Shown here one piece after another: positions 21,367 through 32,837 of a DNA stretch of 64,000 nt (the stretch's first letter is position 1; each line of letters begins with the position of its first letter). The notes below the pieces were generated by a model, which had not been told where the DNA came from, made no database searches, and saw only the letters and a list, made by a program, of their open reading frames with translations. This DNA comes from Nitrosopumilus sp. (lineage in GTDB: Archaea; Thermoproteota; Nitrososphaeria; Nitrososphaerales; Nitrosopumilaceae): assembly GCA_965205675.1 (NCBI GenBank), contig OZ242186.1, positions 128,001-192,000 of the forward strand. Reading direction: 5' to 3'. The position numbers and the translations under genes are program-made.

Positions 21367-22161
21367 ATGAAAAAATTGCTTTATGTCTTAATACCAATTC
21401 TTACATTTTCTATAATTTTTGTTAATACATTTTATGGTCATTTAATTTTTGCATCAGAAACTCAAGAGGTGATAAACAAGTATTCTGTTTACATCCATTT
21501 ACTTCCAGAGTGGAATAGTGGTTCTAAAAATATCATTTTTGATATCACAAACTCTTGGCATAAATTAGATGCAATTAGTAACATAAATTATGTGTTTAAT
21601 GCAAAATCAAAAGATTACAATACAAATCAACTTCAAGAAATTAATGGTAAATCCTATGTTGAATTAAAACATGAATTTAGTAATTGTCAAGAAGAATGGA
21701 CACCAATGCTGTATAGACAAGCAGTAGATACTGTAAGACATAAAATTGAATATGCTCAAGGACAACAACTCAGTACAGATCCTAATGTTTCTGTTTATCC
21801 TGATATTGATAACAAAAACTATGATAAGTCAGAACAACAATTAAAAATTAAAACTGGGTTTGCACAATTTTTCCCTATCTGTACTTCTAAAGACATTACA
21901 TCATATGATTATAGTGTGAAAACTGACAACAAAGATCTGGGCTTTGATGTATATTTTATTTCATCATCTACAAATATTGAAAAATCTCTCAGTTCTGAAT
22001 TTGATTTTTACACTGAATCTGGATGTTATGGACAAAACAAACAGAGCTATAGTGGTAAATGTGATAATATCAAAAAAGATAGTGGATTACTAGTAATTTT
22101 ACCTGATAATCTAAAACCTTGGACTACTAAATTCACAGTAAATCTTTACGAAAATAATTAG
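21367..22161 (+). CDS. Secreted hypothetical protein
   Basis: Signal peptide, four Cys, no recognisable motif. Confidence 0.7.
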   Translation: MKKLLYVLIPILTFSIIFVNTFYGHLIFASETQEVINKYSVYIHLLPEWNSGSKNIIFDITNSWHKLDAISNINYVFNAKSKDYNTNQLQEINGKSYVELKHEFSNCQEEWTPMLYRQAVDTVRHKIEYAQGQQLSTDPNVSVYPDIDNKNYDKSEQQLKIKTGFAQFFPICTSKDITSYDYSVKTDNKDLGFDVYFISSSTNIEKSLSSEFDFYTESGCYGQNKQSYSGKCDNIKKDSGLLVILPDNLKPWTTKFTVNLYENN

Positions 22162-24263
22162 TTTTTACTTTTTTTCCAGATGAATTGATTGTAAATCAGT
22201 TCTGGTCTAATCTGTCTAAATGGGCGTGAACCCCCATCATACCATTTTGTAAAGAATTCGTACAAGTGTAATCTCAGAGACTGAATATAAACAATTAATC
22301 CTTCAATCATCATAATTCCCAAATTTCCTCCAATAATCATAGCCATAGCTGCACCTGATTCAGCACCTCCAAGTGATTGAAATGCATTGTTAACTGTCAT
22401 TAATAGTGCAGCATGTACCAACAACATAATTCCTAATCGAGCATAACTAATTGTGTGTGCTAAACTTTCTACTGTCTTTCCAAGGAATACCTCCATGACA
22501 ACATTTGCTGCCGAACCTCCTTCTTCAGGATGTCGTTTAGCATGCATAATTCCACCAACCATCATCATAATCATTGATGCAATGATAATCACAACCGCAA
22601 TTCTGGTAATAATCCAAACTTCTGCCCATTCCCCTAAGAAAATTGTAACCCAAGGAACTGCTTCTGTATGAACTTTGGAATACATATTCATCACATCATA
22701 ATTAGCACCAATTGCACACATCATGATAACTACAATTCCACCATAAAGTGTAATGTTAGGAATTGCCTCCATAAACATGACAAATTTGTGTCCTTCTGCT
22801 GCTAATCTCTTGACGCGAAGGACCATTGCCCAAACCAAATGAACAATTCCAATGAATAATGAAACTTTGAGTATGTTGATGACTTGTTCAAATGTTAATT
22901 CTGCAACACTCAGAATCCCCACAATCCAACTAATTGAGTATAGAGCTCCCCCTTCTTCCAATAAACCTTCTAGTGGTCCCATATGATCTAGATGGAATCC
23001 AAATGCTTCACCTGCACCTACACCTGCTATTGCTGCTGATGCGCCAGAAATAGCAATCAACATTCCCCATCTTGAAAGAGAGCCTTGACCTTTGAATTTG
23101 AATAACAACCCCATTCCCATTAACAATAATCCGTGACCCATATCTGCAAACATTAATCCGTAGAAAATTGGCCACATCAGAGCAATCATTGGGGTTGGAT
23201 CTGCCTCTCCATGTTTTGGAATACCTTGACTTTCTGTAATTACTTCAAAAGTTCTCACAAATTTTTTATTATCAAATAATGTTGGAACTTGTTCTTTTAA
23301 TTTTGGATCAGTAACCTCTTCAACTACTGACATCCATTGTTTAACCGAGTCTTTGAATTTCCCCTCCATCTTACTAGGTATGAATCCTTGAATAACTGCA
23401 AAGTGTTTCGTTCCACCTGGTTTTCTGATTGTTTCAAGAACGTCTTTTGCAACTTGGGCTTCCTCATGAATCGCTAAAATATCACGTCTAATTTTTTTTG
23501 TAAGTTTTACAATAGTCTTCGAATTTTCTTTTTGTTTTTCAGTTAATTCTTTGATTTTTCTTTCAACTGATGCATATGCTTCTGATGGTACTTGGGAAAT
23601 TCCTTCTGGAATTACAAATGGATTTGCATTAAATCCTCTTAGTATTTTGGATACTTTATCCGAATCAAAAATACTTGAAATCACAAGAATTGCTGCTTTA
23701 TCTTTGCTTATTAGATCATATTTATAAAATGTAATTCCTTCTAATGCTCTACTAATTTCTTCATAGTCAGTAGAATTTATGACAAAAAGATTTGTGTAGA
23801 AATATTTCATTAATCCAAATCCTGAAAGATCAATGTTTAGTTTCTTGCCTATCTCAAGTGTCTCTTTAAGAGACGTATATTCATCTAAAGAACGCTTTGT
23901 AGTTGCTTGATCTTCTAAAATCTTGGTTGGTTCATCAATTATTGACGGTGCTCTTTTTTTGAGATCACTGACCATATCTTCAATTTCATCAATTTCATAG
24001 TCTTTCTTTTTGATTGTAGTTCCTTTGAACATAATCTCCAAGATTCCAACCATTGGCGGCACGCCTAATCCTTTGATGAGATCATCAATGGATTGGTATG
24101 TTTGTTGGGCATCTAATAACAAATCATCAATCTCTGGTGTTACTAAATCATTTTCAGTATCAATCTTGTGAAACCATTCAAATTCAGTTAATCTTGAAAC
24201 TGCTCTTGGAGACTCACTTCTTGGTAAAATTATACTCCCTAGCTTTAGATCGGCCACAACCAA
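22158..24263 (-). CDS. atpI: A/V-type ATP synthase subunit I (a)
   Basis: DPTP..FYGLMFADMGHG, SYARL (essential Arg), IQSLRLHLYEFFTKWY. Confidence 0.97.
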   Translation of the reverse strand: MVVADLKLGSIILPRSESPRAVSRLTEFEWFHKIDTENDLVTPEIDDLLLDAQQTYQSIDDLIKGLGVPPMVGILEIMFKGTTIKKKDYEIDEIEDMVSDLKKRAPSIIDEPTKILEDQATTKRSLDEYTSLKETLEIGKKLNIDLSGFGLMKYFYTNLFVINSTDYEEISRALEGITFYKYDLISKDKAAILVISSIFDSDKVSKILRGFNANPFVIPEGISQVPSEAYASVERKIKELTEKQKENSKTIVKLTKKIRRDILAIHEEAQVAKDVLETIRKPGGTKHFAVIQGFIPSKMEGKFKDSVKQWMSVVEEVTDPKLKEQVPTLFDNKKFVRTFEVITESQGIPKHGEADPTPMIALMWPIFYGLMFADMGHGLLLMGMGLLFKFKGQGSLSRWGMLIAISGASAAIAGVGAGEAFGFHLDHMGPLEGLLEEGGALYSISWIVGILSVAELTFEQVINILKVSLFIGIVHLVWAMVLRVKRLAAEGHKFVMFMEAIPNITLYGGIVVIMMCAIGANYDVMNMYSKVHTEAVPWVTIFLGEWAEVWIITRIAVVIIIASMIMMMVGGIMHAKRHPEEGGSAANVVMEVFLGKTVESLAHTISYARLGIMLLVHAALLMTVNNAFQSLGGAESGAAMAMIIGGNLGIMMIEGLIVYIQSLRLHLYEFFTKWYDGGSRPFRQIRPELIYNQFIWKKSKN

Positions 24264-24358
24264 GATAATCCATCGGTAATTTCTTTGATTTTAATATCTT
24301 TCTGAATTGGTTTTTTGATTCCCAAACATTAAAATCTATTATGAATAAATGCCACCCA

Positions 24359-24955
24359 TTGGCAAATTCTACTCTTGAACAAACTATTGATAAAATCCTC
24401 AATCAAACCGAAAAAGAGATAGAATCTAGCATTAATTCTGCATTATCTGATTCTCACCAAACTCTTGATGATGCTGTTCCTAAACTTGAAAGCGAATATG
24501 ATAAAATCCTCGCAGATGGTAAGAAAGAAGCAGATAAAATTGAAAAACAGATTACCGGTGGAGCTGATATTGAAGCAAGAAACAAACAACTTTTGGTTTT
24601 AGAAGGATCTGTTGACAAAGTTTTCACAAATGCGCTAGAACAAATTGCTAATACTGATCGCTCTGGTGACTATGCCAATCTCATTAAATCATTATTAGAT
24701 GAATCCACCAATATTTTAGGTACATCTGAAGTTATAGTATATACAAATCCTAAAGATAAAGATGTAGTACAATCTGTACTATCTGAATATCCTGGTTCGG
24801 AATTATCTTCTGAAACAATAGAGTGTATTGGTGGTGTAAAAATCAAATCAAAGGATGGAGCAATGACTTTTGATAATACCTTGAATGCAAAAATTGAACG
24901 TCTGAAACCTATAATTAGGAAAGATATTGCAGCAAAATTCGGAGTGAATAATTAA
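24359..24955 (+). CDS. atpE: A/V-type ATP synthase subunit E
   Basis: N-terminal coiled coil, IGGV.IKS.DG..TFDNT; start set at TTG 24359. Confidence 0.92.
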   Translation: MANSTLEQTIDKILNQTEKEIESSINSALSDSHQTLDDAVPKLESEYDKILADGKKEADKIEKQITGGADIEARNKQLLVLEGSVDKVFTNALEQIANTDRSGDYANLIKSLLDESTNILGTSEVIVYTNPKDKDVVQSVLSEYPGSELSSETIECIGGVKIKSKDGAMTFDNTLNAKIERLKPIIRKDIAAKFGVNN

Positions 24956-24958
24956 GAT

Positions 24959-26737
24959 ATGGCAGCTCAAGGTAGGATTGTTTGGGTAAGTGGCCCTGCA
25001 GTAAAAGCAGATGGGATGTCTGACGCAAAAATGTATGAAACTGTAACAGTAGGAAATTCAAAATTAGTAGGCGAAGTTATCCGATTAACTGGTGATGTGG
25101 CATTTATTCAGGTATACGAATCAACGAGTGGTCTAAAACCTGGTGAACCTGTAGTTGGTACTGGCAATCCGCTTAGTGTATTATTGGGTCCTGGAATTAT
25201 CGGACAACTCTATGATGGAATTCAAAGACCGCTAAGAGAATTATCTAAAGCATCTGGTTCTTTCATTGGAAGGGGAATCACAACATCTGCTGTAGATATG
25301 ATAAAAAAATATCATTTTGTTCCAATCGTAAGTAACGGAGATGAAATTACTGCAGGAAATGTTATCGGAACTGTTCAAGAAACTGATCTTATCGAACACT
25401 CTATCATGCTTCCACCAGATCATATGGGTGGAAAAATTTCAAACCTTGTATCTGAAGGCGATTATGATTTAGAAACTGTACTAGCTACAACTGAGAAAGA
25501 TGGGCAATCTGTTCCAATCAAAATGTATCATAAATGGCCTGTACGAAAACCACGTCCATATCACAAGAGATACGATCCAACTGTGCCTCTACTTACTGGA
25601 CAACGTGTTATTGATACATTTTTTCCAATTGCAAAAGGTGGAACTGGTTCAATTCCTGGAGCATTTGGAACAGGAAAGACTGTAACATTACACCAAATTG
25701 CAAAATGGGCTGATTCTCAAGTTGTCGTTTACATTGGTTGTGGTGAAAGAGGGAACGAAATGACTGAGGTATTAGTTGAATTCCCACATCTTAAAGATCC
25801 ACGTAGTGGAAAACCATTAATGGATAGAACTGTCCTCGTAGCAAATACTAGTAACATGCCAGTAGCAGCAAGAGAAGCAAGTATCTACACTGGTGTCACA
25901 ATTGCAGAATATTACAGAGATATGGGTAAAGATGTTGTACTTGTTGCAGATTCCACAAGTAGATGGGCTGAATCACTTAGAGAAATGAGTGGTAGATTAG
26001 AAGAAATGCCTGCAGAAGAAGGTTATCCATCATACTTAGCATCTAGATTAGCAGAATTTTATGAAAGAGCAGGTCGTGTTCAAGCAGCTGGTAGTCCAGA
26101 ACGTGATGGTTCAGTCACTTTGATTGGAGCTGTATCTCCATCTGGTGGTGACTTTACAGAACCAGTTACGACTCACACAATGAGATTTATCAAAACTTTC
26201 TGGGCTCTAGATGCAAAACTTGCATACTCTAGACATTATCCATCAATTAATTGGATGAACAGCTATTCTGGCTATCTTACAGATATTGCAAAATGGTGGA
26301 GTGAAAATATTAGTGAAGATTGGTTTAACATTAGAAGTGAAACTTATGGTGTCTTACAAAGAGAAGATACACTAAAAGAAATTGTTAGGCTCTTAGGCCC
26401 TGAAGCGTTACCTGATGAAGAAAAATTAATTCTTGAAGTTGCAAGAATGGTAAAGATTGCTTTGTTACAACAAAACTCATTTGATGATGTTGATACTTAT
26501 TGTAGTCCAGAAAAACAATTCAAATTAATGAAATTATGTGTTGATTTTTACAAAAAGGGACAACAAGCACTCAAAGAAGGTGCATCATTGTCTGACATTC
26601 GTGAGTTAGGTATAGTAAGCAGTCTACTTAAAGCAAGAATGGATGTAAAAGATGATGAGATGCCAAAACTAGATCAATTAGATAAAGATATGCAAGAACA
26701 ATTCAAATCAATTTCAGGAGTAAAAGTATCAAATTGA
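24959..26737 (+). CDS. atpA: A/V-type ATP synthase subunit A
   Basis: [37 protein letters not shown]; no intein. Confidence 0.99.
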   Translation: MAAQGRIVWVSGPAVKADGMSDAKMYETVTVGNSKLVGEVIRLTGDVAFIQVYESTSGLKPGEPVVGTGNPLSVLLGPGIIGQLYDGIQRPLRELSKASGSFIGRGITTSAVDMIKKYHFVPIVSNGDEITAGNVIGTVQETDLIEHSIMLPPDHMGGKISNLVSEGDYDLETVLATTEKDGQSVPIKMYHKWPVRKPRPYHKRYDPTVPLLTGQRVIDTFFPIAKGGTGSIPGAFGTGKTVTLHQIAKWADSQVVVYIGCGERGNEMTEVLVEFPHLKDPRSGKPLMDRTVLVANTSNMPVAAREASIYTGVTIAEYYRDMGKDVVLVADSTSRWAESLREMSGRLEEMPAEEGYPSYLASRLAEFYERAGRVQAAGSPERDGSVTLIGAVSPSGGDFTEPVTTHTMRFIKTFWALDAKLAYSRHYPSINWMNSYSGYLTDIAKWWSENISEDWFNIRSETYGVLQREDTLKEIVRLLGPEALPDEEKLILEVARMVKIALLQQNSFDDVDTYCSPEKQFKLMKLCVDFYKKGQQALKEGASLSDIRELGIVSSLLKARMDVKDDEMPKLDQLDKDMQEQFKSISGVKVSN

Positions 26738-28119
26738 CAGCAAAAGGTGGAGTTCAATACAGTAAGATTGCAGAAATTAAAGGTCCTCTAGTTGTTGTAG
26801 ATGATGTAGAAAATGCAGCATTTGATGAACTTGTTGAAATTGAAACTACTGAAGGTGAAAGAAGATTAGGTAAAGTTCTCGAAGTAGGAAACGGCAAAGC
26901 AATCGTTCAAGTCTTTGAGGGAACAACTGGACTATCAATCTCAGGAACTAATGCAAAATTTGTAGGCAAAGTTATGGAAATGCCCGTATCAAAAGAAGTA
27001 CTTGGTAGAGTATTTGATGGACTAGGAAGACCAAAAGATGGACTCCCAGATCCAATCGCTGATAAATTTGTAGATATTAACGGAGAACCAATGAATCCAG
27101 AACAACGTGAGTATCCAAAAGATTTCATCCAAACTGGTGTATCTGTAATTGATGGATTGATGACTCTAGTTAGAGGGCAAAAACTTCCAATCTTTTCAGG
27201 CTCTGGCATGTCTCACAATCTTTTGGCAGCACAAATCGCAAGACAAGCAAGTGTTGTTGGAACACAAGATGATTTTGCTGTAGTCTTTGCAGCAATTGGT
27301 GTGCAATACAGTGAAGCAGAATATTTCAGACGAAGTCTTGAAGAATCTGGTGCACTCAAAAGAAGTGTTCTATTTCTAAATACGGCAGACGATCCTGCAA
27401 TTGAGAGAATCATTACTCCCCGTGTAGCATTAACTGTAGCAGAATATTTGGCATTTGAATTAGGAATGCATGTTCTTGTAGTAATTACTGACATGACAAA
27501 CTATGCAGAAGCACTAAGAGAAATTAGTGCAGCAAGAGAAGAAGTTCCTGGAAGAAAAGGATATCCCGGTTATCTCTACACTGACCTTTCAACACTTTAT
27601 GAAAGAGCAGGAAAACTTAATGAAAGAAAAGGAAGTGTTACACAAGTTCCAATTTTATCAATGCCATCTGACGATATTACTCATCCAATTCCTGATCTAA
27701 CTGGTTACATTACTGAGGGACAAATAGTAGTTGGCAGAGATTTATTCAGACAAGGAGTTTATCCGCCAATCAATATTTTGATGAGTCTTAGTAGGTTGAT
27801 GAAAGACGGAATTGGTGAAGGAAGTACTAGAGATGATCACAGTGAAGTTTCTAACCAAGTTTATGATGCCTATTCTAGAGCACAAGAAGTTAGAGCACTT
27901 GCAGGTATTGTAGGTAAAGCAGGGCTAACTGAAATTGATCTCAAATACTTGGAACTCGGTGATATCTTTGAAAAAGAATTCCTTACACAAGCAACTGATG
28001 AGAATAGAACTATTGAAGAAACACTTGCTCTTATGTGGAAGATTGTATCAAAATTACCAAAGAATGAAATTACTAAAATCAAAGATAAACACGTAGAAAA
28101 ATATTACAAGGAAGAGTAA
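26734..28119 (+). CDS. atpB: A/V-type ATP synthase subunit B
   Basis: [42 protein letters not shown]. Confidence 0.99.
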   Translation: MTAKGGVQYSKIAEIKGPLVVVDDVENAAFDELVEIETTEGERRLGKVLEVGNGKAIVQVFEGTTGLSISGTNAKFVGKVMEMPVSKEVLGRVFDGLGRPKDGLPDPIADKFVDINGEPMNPEQREYPKDFIQTGVSVIDGLMTLVRGQKLPIFSGSGMSHNLLAAQIARQASVVGTQDDFAVVFAAIGVQYSEAEYFRRSLEESGALKRSVLFLNTADDPAIERIITPRVALTVAEYLAFELGMHVLVVITDMTNYAEALREISAAREEVPGRKGYPGYLYTDLSTLYERAGKLNERKGSVTQVPILSMPSDDITHPIPDLTGYITEGQIVVGRDLFRQGVYPPINILMSLSRLMKDGIGEGSTRDDHSEVSNQVYDAYSRAQEVRALAGIVGKAGLTEIDLKYLELGDIFEKEFLTQATDENRTIEETLALMWKIVSKLPKNEITKIKDKHVEKYYKEE

Positions 28120-28123
28120 CTAA

Positions 28124-28756
28124 ATGTCATTTGGACAAAACGTTGCAGCAACAAAAATCGAACTTTTCAAATACAAAAAATCTAATCAAATAGCCGTGAT
28201 GGTTCAGCAAATTTTAGATGATAAGCGTAAAGTTCTCTTAAAAAATATTGAAGAAATGATTCAAGAAGCATCTAAAGCGAGAGGTGGAATTTGGGATCCT
28301 TTACAAGATATTTACAAGTCCGTAAACGAAGCTTATCTTGCATTAGGAACCAACACTGTTGACTCTGTTGCAGAATCTACTCCTCCTGTAATGGAAGTAG
28401 ATGTTCATGTCAGAAGAGTTGTCGATGTAAAAATCCCAGCACTTACTGTTACTGAAAAAGACACAAAATTAATGCCTTATGGATTTGCAGATACAAACTC
28501 ATCAATTGATAGAGCTGCAAAACAAATCAAAGAATTAATGCCAAAAATTTGTAAAGCAGCAGAATATGAAAATTCAATCTTTAGTCTTGCAAAAGCATTA
28601 GAAAAGACCCAAAAACTGTTAAATGCACTTGAAAATGTCATTATTCCTCAATATAAAGAAAATATTCGATTCATTCTTTCTACTCTTGAAGAGCGAGAAA
28701 GAGAAGAATTCGCAAAGTTAAAAAAAGTGAAAGAAAAGATGGAAAGCAGTAAATAA
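28124..28756 (+). CDS. atpD: A/V-type ATP synthase subunit D
   Basis: ATKIEL, LDDKR, KTQKLLNALENVIIP, LEEREREEF. Confidence 0.96.
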   Translation: MSFGQNVAATKIELFKYKKSNQIAVMVQQILDDKRKVLLKNIEEMIQEASKARGGIWDPLQDIYKSVNEAYLALGTNTVDSVAESTPPVMEVDVHVRRVVDVKIPALTVTEKDTKLMPYGFADTNSSIDRAAKQIKELMPKICKAAEYENSIFSLAKALEKTQKLLNALENVIIPQYKENIRFILSTLEEREREEFAKLKKVKEKMESSK

Positions 28757-28881
28757 TGGCAAAAGAAGAAATTAAAAAATTACTTGAGAATTCTAAAAAA
28801 ATTATAGAACAAGATCATGAAGATTTTTCAAAATCTATCAAAAGCGATCTAATCTCTTTCAAAAAGAAAGCATTAGGCTAA
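28756..28881 (+). CDS. 41-aa charged helical peptide inside the atp operon (not in ORF track)
   Basis: MAKEEIKKLLENSKKIIEQDHEDFSKSIKSDLISFKKKALG*; TAATG stop/start overlap with atpD. Confidence 0.7.
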   Translation: MAKEEIKKLLENSKKIIEQDHEDFSKSIKSDLISFKKKALG

Positions 28882-28936
28882 TCTGATTTTTTATTATCAT
28901 GATTTAAATATGGATCTGAAAAAACGTGATCATAAA

Positions 28937-29245
28937 ATGAAACCTATCGTTTTACTACTTTTGGCAGCAATGATAATATCCATTTCTGGATCTACTGGAA
29001 TTGCATATGCTGCAGAAGGTGATGTAGCAGCTAGTTCTGATTCCTTGAAAATTCTTGGTGCAGGTTTAGCATTTGGTCTTGCTGCATTTGGTGCAGGTAT
29101 TGGTCTTGGTCAAGTAGGTGCAGCCGGTCTTGCAGTAATCAGTGAGAATCCAGCATTACAGTCAAAAGTATTCATTTTCGTAGGCATGGTCGAGTCAATC
29201 GCAATCTACGGTATAGTCATGATGTTTATCATCTTAGGACAATAG
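28937..29245 (+). CDS. atpK: A/V-type ATP synthase subunit K (c-ring proteolipid) with signal-peptide-like N-terminus
   Basis: GAGLAFGLAAFGAGIGLG, ENP loop, MVESIAIYG carboxylate helix; start set at ATG 28937. Confidence 0.96.
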   Translation: MKPIVLLLLAAMIISISGSTGIAYAAEGDVAASSDSLKILGAGLAFGLAAFGAGIGLGQVGAAGLAVISENPALQSKVFIFVGMVESIAIYGIVMMFIILGQ

Positions 29246-29283
29246 TCCAGACTACATATTTTTCAAATTTTTAGATTTTTTAT

Positions 29284-29745
29284 TTAATTATATTTTAGCC
29301 GGTTAACGTCTAGTACTCTTGCACAATATCTGCATTTGAGTACTCTTCCTTCTCTATCAATAACATCCATTATTGATTCAATGTGTTCTGTACTGTTTGT
29401 AATGCAATCAGGGTTTGAACATCTGAAAATTCTATCAATTTCATTAGGTAACGAAACTCTTCTCTTCTCAACGAGTTTGTATTCTTTTATCATGTTGATT
29501 GTTGCTTTTGGTGCAATTATTGCTAGCTTGTTTGTATCATCATCTTTTAGAAACTTGTTTTCTACTTTAATGATATCTTTTTTCTTAAATTTTCCACTTG
29601 GAACATTCAGTGCTATGGTGATTAAACTTCCATCATCACCATTAATTCTTAGTGCGTTAAGTACCTGAAGGCCTTTACCTTCATCAATATGATCAATTAC
29701 AGTACCTTCCTTAATTCGTCGAACCATAAGGTCGGACTGTTCCAT
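29284..29745 (-). CDS. pyrI: Aspartate carbamoyltransferase regulatory subunit
   Basis: GTVIDHI, KKDIIKVE, CSNPDCITN...CRYC Zn site; start set at ATG 29745. Confidence 0.97.
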   Translation of the reverse strand: MEQSDLMVRRIKEGTVIDHIDEGKGLQVLNALRINGDDGSLITIALNVPSGKFKKKDIIKVENKFLKDDDTNKLAIIAPKATINMIKEYKLVEKRRVSLPNEIDRIFRCSNPDCITNSTEHIESIMDVIDREGRVLKCRYCARVLDVNRLKYN

Positions 29746-29786
29746 CAGAATACTTTGTATAGTCACCTGTATATATCATTGAAAGA

Positions 29787-30716
29787 ATGAACAAATTCTA
29801 TCAAAAAGATGTCATATCAATTAAGGACTATACCAAAGAACAGTTAGAAGCAATCTTTACATCTACTGATAAAATCATGCAACTAAATCCTACTGATCGA
29901 AGAGAAATTTGTAAAGGAAAGACTTTGGGATATTTGTTTTATGAACCAAGTACTAGAACTCGTCTAAGTTTTGATTCAGCCATGGCATCCATTGGAGGAA
30001 ACTCATTAGGAATTTCTGATGTCTCATCATCTTCTACTCAAAAAGGTGAAAGTCTTGCAGATACTGTTAGAATAATGTCAATTTATTCTGATGTACTAGT
30101 TTTACGTCATACTTTGGATGGTTCAAGTAGATTTGCAGCTGAAGTTTCCGGCAAACCTGTAATCAATGCTGGTAGTGGAACTGAGGAACATCCAACTCAA
30201 GCAATTCAGGATTTATTTACAATTAAAAAAGAAAAGAAAAAGATTGATGGACTCAAAATTGGAATTGTAGGTGATCTAAAGTATGGACGAACGGTATATT
30301 CTCTATTGTATGGACTTGGAAACTATCATGTTGATGTTAAATTAATTTCTCCTGAATCATTACGAATAAGATCTGATTCAACTTATGAAATTAAAAAGAG
30401 ATTAGATTTCACAGAAACTACTGATATTGAAGAACATCTAGATGATCTTGACGTTCTGTATGTAACAAGAATTCAAAAAGAAAGATTTCCTGATGAAGAA
30501 GAATATCTTAAAGTCAAAGGAAGTTATGTAGTTGGATTAGATATGTTGCAAAGAATGAAAGATGATTCAATAATTTTACATCCATTGCCAAGAATAGATG
30601 AAATTTCTGCAGATGTTGATAAGACAAAAAATGCCAAATATTTTAAGCAAGCAGAATATGGAAAATACACTCGTGCAGCTTTGCTAGGTATGACTCTAAA
30701 TGAGAATGGGTTTTAG
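29787..30716 (+). CDS. pyrB: Aspartate carbamoyltransferase catalytic subunit
   Basis: FYEPSTRTRLSF, HPTQ, GDLKYGRTV, RIQKERF, HPLPR. Confidence 0.98.
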   Translation: MNKFYQKDVISIKDYTKEQLEAIFTSTDKIMQLNPTDRREICKGKTLGYLFYEPSTRTRLSFDSAMASIGGNSLGISDVSSSSTQKGESLADTVRIMSIYSDVLVLRHTLDGSSRFAAEVSGKPVINAGSGTEEHPTQAIQDLFTIKKEKKKIDGLKIGIVGDLKYGRTVYSLLYGLGNYHVDVKLISPESLRIRSDSTYEIKKRLDFTETTDIEEHLDDLDVLYVTRIQKERFPDEEEYLKVKGSYVVGLDMLQRMKDDSIILHPLPRIDEISADVDKTKNAKYFKQAEYGKYTRAALLGMTLNENGF

Positions 30717-30759
30717 AAATTCGTATTCCATATATCTGGAGACATTTGAATAAAACTAG

Positions 30760-31470
30760 TTGACTAGAACAAAGATTATACCAATTTTTCCATTAGACTT
30801 GGTTTTATTTCCAAGACAAGAACTCCCACTTCGAATTTTTGAGCCTCGTTACAAACAACTAGTTGATGATTGCATGATTGGAGATGGTCAATTTGGTGTG
30901 TGTTTGATTGATGAAACTAACTCCGTTAATGGTTGGAACTCTCCGAAATTAGTGGGCACTATTGCCAAAATTTCAAAATGTGAGGATGTGGAACTAGATG
31001 GATTACAATTACAAATTGAAACTCTTGGAAGAAACTCATTTAATATAAAACGCATTATTCCCCCATCAATCACTCAACCTGAAAACTATGATCCTCTTTC
31101 AGTTGAGGGACATCAAGAAATTTCTGAAATACATGAAAAAATTGGAACTGAAGAAAAAATGTACATTCAAGCTGAAGTAGAAATGATTCCTGAAATTGAT
31201 GAAAATATTTCACTTGAGAAATGGCAAACTCTAGTTGATTTATGGAAGAAGAAAATTATCAAACAGGCTTTACCTCAAATTATAGATTCACATTCGTTGG
31301 ATCATGTTTTGGAACAATATTATCTAAATACTGATACACCAACAATTGATTATATTTACTCTTTATCTGCAATTGGTGCCAAGAATCCAAATGAACTACA
31401 ATCAATTCTAGAGGCAACAACTATGGATGAATTAATTAAACAAGTTGAAAAATTGTTAAAGGTAGAATAA
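30760..31470 (+). CDS. LON peptidase substrate-binding (LON N) domain protein
   Basis: IPIFPL.LVLFP...PLRIFEPRYKQLV. Confidence 0.88.
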   Translation: MTRTKIIPIFPLDLVLFPRQELPLRIFEPRYKQLVDDCMIGDGQFGVCLIDETNSVNGWNSPKLVGTIAKISKCEDVELDGLQLQIETLGRNSFNIKRIIPPSITQPENYDPLSVEGHQEISEIHEKIGTEEKMYIQAEVEMIPEIDENISLEKWQTLVDLWKKKIIKQALPQIIDSHSLDHVLEQYYLNTDTPTIDYIYSLSAIGAKNPNELQSILEATTMDELIKQVEKLLKVE

Positions 31471-32837
31471 TGAAAATTAAAAGATCATTTACTCAATTTG
31501 GAATTCTTACAATAATGATATGTCTGTTATTTCCTGTAAGTAGTATTTATGGACATGGATTTGGTATTGATAGAATTTCATCTGTAAATGTGCAAGGAAA
31601 ACAATTATCTATTTCAGTAGAAATGCCAATGTATTTTGAAAATCAACAAGATCAAATTACAATTACTGCAACTGAAGATGATACACAAGAAAATGCAAAA
31701 AATGTAACTTTTCTTATTGGTTTGTTTTACAAAGATGAAATGATTTTTAGAAATTATTTCTTTACCGAAAATGGTATTTTACCAATTATTGTTACGCCAA
31801 CTGAAGATACTAAAATTATCATTCATGGTGAACAAGACTCTTTGCTTGGAGCCTGGCATGGAACTGAATCAAATCCTATAGAAATTACAGGACCACTGTT
31901 TAATTCAGGTGGATTGTATAATTTTGAGATTGAAATAAGAACTATTGATGAACCTACTAACATTATTGAAAATTCTGGCGTGTACAATGCCGATTTGAGC
32001 CTGATTGAGACTGTATCATTCATTGAACAAGATGTTGAAAATCATGATGTCGAATTTCGTTCAAAATCCTATTTTGACACAATTTCTAATTTTGAATATA
32101 ATCCTGAATCAAAAGAAATCACATTTGAGATGCCTTTTGATTGGAATGAAAAGCAAATGTCTCACGTATCTGTTGTTCACATAGAAACTCATTTCCCAAA
32201 AGATTTTGTAGAATTTTTATCTCCTAGCTATTCTGCATATGTTAATAATATTGAATTATTCAAATCTTCAGTATCTGTTGATGATTACACTGAAGATGAT
32301 GAAAGAATAGTTCATCTAGTTTTGTTACAAGATCATTTAAGATTCATGAAAAATGAAATGAAAAAATCTGGCGACACATTACCTGATAATATGCAATTTA
32401 GATTATCTACAAGTGAAATTACCTCATTTCCTTTAGAAGCATATACAAAAAGTGAAGATTTCAAAGTAAATCTTTCGTGGGATCCAATGACTGTAGAGCC
32501 TGACATTGATATTAATTTTATTTTTACAATTAGAGATGGTAGAACTAATGATCCTCTAAGAAGCTCTGATTATACATTTGTGATAATTCAAAATGGTAAA
32601 GAAATTCATCGAACAACCGATATTGCTCAAATAGGTGGAGAATTTGAAAAATTTAAGTTTGGAGAAGATCAAACAGGTCCTACTATAATCAAATTTGAAA
32701 ATATTCGTAACACTGGACAAGAAACTGAATTTGCTCTAGTTGTTGTACCTGAATTTGGAAATATTGTAATACTCGTATTAGTAATTTCTATTATGAGTAT
32801 AATTTTTATAACAAGAAAGAATTCATTGATTATCTAA
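31470..32837 (+). CDS. Secreted PEFG-CTERM protein, mature N-terminus HGFG
   Basis: Signal peptide ending SIYG; C-terminal VVPEFG + TM + RK. Confidence 0.85.
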   Translation: MKIKRSFTQFGILTIMICLLFPVSSIYGHGFGIDRISSVNVQGKQLSISVEMPMYFENQQDQITITATEDDTQENAKNVTFLIGLFYKDEMIFRNYFFTENGILPIIVTPTEDTKIIIHGEQDSLLGAWHGTESNPIEITGPLFNSGGLYNFEIEIRTIDEPTNIIENSGVYNADLSLIETVSFIEQDVENHDVEFRSKSYFDTISNFEYNPESKEITFEMPFDWNEKQMSHVSVVHIETHFPKDFVEFLSPSYSAYVNNIELFKSSVSVDDYTEDDERIVHLVLLQDHLRFMKNEMKKSGDTLPDNMQFRLSTSEITSFPLEAYTKSEDFKVNLSWDPMTVEPDIDINFIFTIRDGRTNDPLRSSDYTFVIIQNGKEIHRTTDIAQIGGEFEKFKFGEDQTGPTIIKFENIRNTGQETEFALVVVPEFGNIVILVLVISIMSIIFITRKNSLII

